Shown piece after piece: positions 61,341 to 64,000 of a stretch of 64,000 nucleotides of DNA. Under the pieces are notes generated by a model. That model was not told the DNA's origin. It saw only the letters and a list, made by a program, of their open reading frames with translations, and searched no databases. This DNA is from Selaginella moellendorffii. Taxonomy: Eukaryota; Plantae; Lycopodiophyta. The DNA is taken from the NCBI RefSeq assembly GCF_000143415.4, contig NW_003314359.1:525250-589249 (forward strand), read 5' to 3'. The first letter of the stretch is position 1, and every line of letters begins with the position of its first letter. The translations under genes were made by a program, and so were the position numbers.

Positions 61341-63814
61341 ATAAATCAATAATAAGATCTTCATTGGTGCCAATTTCAACATTTAATGCTCTTTGGCTTC
61401 AACAGCTTTTTTAGGTGGTACCATTTTCCTTTTTTTCAAGAAAATAAAATTAGTTAGTCAAACTAAACAAAGAGAATAATAAAATCACACAATACAAAAA
61501 CGATGAACACCCACTCCATGGGGTTACTTGAGGTGGTCAGCCCAAGATGGCCAGCCAGCCTGAGGTGGCCAGCCCAAAATGACTGGCCTAAGCTGGATCA
61601 TGGGCCCAAGGTGGCCAACCTTGCCAACAATCTCTACCTAAGTTGGCCCCTATTGCATTTGATGTTGGTGAGAAATTTTAGAAACAATAAGAAAAGAAAA
61701 AGAGACAATAACAAACAAATGAAAGAAAAAGCTATCAAAAGAAGCACTGTTTGTGGCATTATTGCTTAACTCTCCACTCTCTATGCTACACTTCACTTTG
61801 TCTTCGTATGATGCTCAACTCTTGTAACACTCAATCTCTAGCAATGCTCAATCTATCTCTTGTGTAGTGATAACCCTAATCTTGGCAGCTAACCCTAACC
61901 TTAACTAATAATTCATGCCTCCATTAGGGCGAGAAATGGGAAGGGAAAATTTAGAGAAAAAAGACATAGATAAATCCCAGCTACTCATTCCAAATGGTAG
62001 AAATCTCAGCTGGCTATCACCATATCACTTTTTATTATTGTATCTTATAAATAAAAAAGATAGAATCTTATTGTATGCAAATCTATGGTTTTTTTATTTT
62101 TTATATAAATTAATGACACTATAACTACAAACTTGCAAAACATTCAGAAATTTTTGGGAGATACCATTTTGCTAGAAGATAGCAACAATCATACTATATC
62201 TAGTGTGATGGCAGCCACTAAAATTGTACAACCCTTTCTGTGACATTGATATCTTAGCGAGTGATCCTAAACCCTGAAAATTAAAAACCTTCATTACTGA
62301 TTAGATTCAAAGCACTATATTTAAAACACTTGTCAAATTGGAGATATGATATTATTTTCTCCCAATGATATAGAAAGGATGCATTCTCATCAAGATTCAA
62401 TACATGTTTTGGATTTGGGCTTCATATATATAAAATATATGAAGAATTTTACCATCTCTTACATTGCAAGTTGTTATTATGTATTTCTTATCTACAAAAA
62501 CTTTAAGAGTATTAAAAAGGCATATTTCATTATCATATTAAATATGTTGTACTATATTAATTTATAAATGGATGAATCCTCATCCATAAATTTATTTATG
62601 TTGTGTAAGAACCCTAAATTATAGTTAAATGCTCTAAATATCATTGAGCAATGTTCACACTTATGGATAAGACTTGACTTATACTGACAATTGAATCTAC
62701 ATCATTGAAGAATTATCATTACTAACATCACTTAACACTAAAGATTTGACAAGATAATGGCACTTCACATGTGTTGATAATCAAATCGGATATCTTGGAT
62801 TTCCCACAAAATGTACAACCCTCAAATGTACAACCCAAGGAGTGAAGGGATAAAAGTATGACATGACATTTAAACAATCCTAGAGCATCCAACATCCTAA
62901 ATCTAGGGCCAACACACAAAATAGAGCCAAATAGAATTTGCCATTATTTCAGCACACTGGTGGCCTAACATCAGGGTATAAGACATATACATAGGCAAAA
63001 GTTAGATTATACCTTAAATTAATCAATTATACTCGACTTACCCCACTATCCATACTATACTTTTGGAACCCATAACATCTCCCCCCCACCCCCTACCCTA
63101 GAGGAATGCATGGTTTGGGTTTTCACCTTAGTCCTAGGAGTTAATTTTTAGGATAATTACGAAAACTTAGTAAATATTGAATGGCATTAGATTGTGAATT
63201 TGGATGTAGAAATAATACCATCCTATTTAGAACAATTTCTACATTCCATAGATATATTCATTAGTAAATCTAGACACTTTCTATAAATAGTTAATAGAAC
63301 CAAATAGAACCAACATAAGGGGTATAATAGTGAGAGTGTTTTAATAGACACAGTTAGCTATTATTTAGTGAATACTGAGAGACCAAACTTAATATCATAG
63401 GGGTTTCCAATACTAGTAAGTGCAAATTAACAAATAAGTTTCTCTAACCAGATCAAGTATGCATGATTAATAACACTTAAGAATTTCATCCTTATGTTCC
63501 TCTAGCCAAATGCATATGTGAGGAGTAATTTTGCAACTAACTCGAACAAATACTAATAAAGGGGGTAGCAATATTGACCTCTAACCATCATGGCAGTAAA
63601 GAAAAAATATTCAAAAGGAATTGTTAATAACAATATTTTATATGGATAAATGTTTGTTTGTACTATGGCATTTATTCTATTATATTGATTATTGTTGAAA
63701 TGTTATTTCCTTTGGGTGATATATTTATGAATATTGTCATCAATAATACTTATGTTATTTAAACTATTTTTTGTAAATTGTTTGGCATGCTTGCAAAGGT
63801 TAACTCAATTATAC

Positions 63815-64000
<186 letters not shown>

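Noticed and set aside
61871-61906. TAACCCTAA telomere-like units
   Set aside because: Only 2-3 degenerate copies; not a telomeric tract.

Overview
Compact land-plant nuclear DNA, very probably the lycophyte Selaginella (inferred from ~50-70 nt introns, tight gene spacing and three intronless PLS-class PPR genes). Bases 1-54.4 kb are gene-dense: a 2OG-Fe(II) dioxygenase, two germin-like genes plus an inverted germin pseudogene around an EndoU ribonuclease, a small 3-exon gene absent from the ORF track (LEM-like/HeH helix pair + basic region + transmembrane helix), a purple acid phosphatase, three PPR genes (one DYW), an AMSH deubiquitinase, a DUF1645-type Ser-rich protein, a compact XRN exoribonuclease, PWP2, PRP39, a convergent pair of SGS3-like XS/coiled-coil/RING genes, an LSMT-like SET gene, an LRR receptor-like protein, and a mitochondrial-carrier pseudogene rearranged into a hairpin. 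Bases 54.4-64 kb are AT-rich and largely decayed retroelement and repeat DNA, containing one intact secreted ORF (unknown domain + bulb-type lectin) and ending in (CT)n. Best candidates for new biology: the XS-coiled-coil-RING pair, the emerin/LAP2-like membrane protein, the orphan lectin chimera, and the gene-derived hairpin. All homology calls are by eye from remembered motifs; no searches were run, and exon boundaries were read manually.
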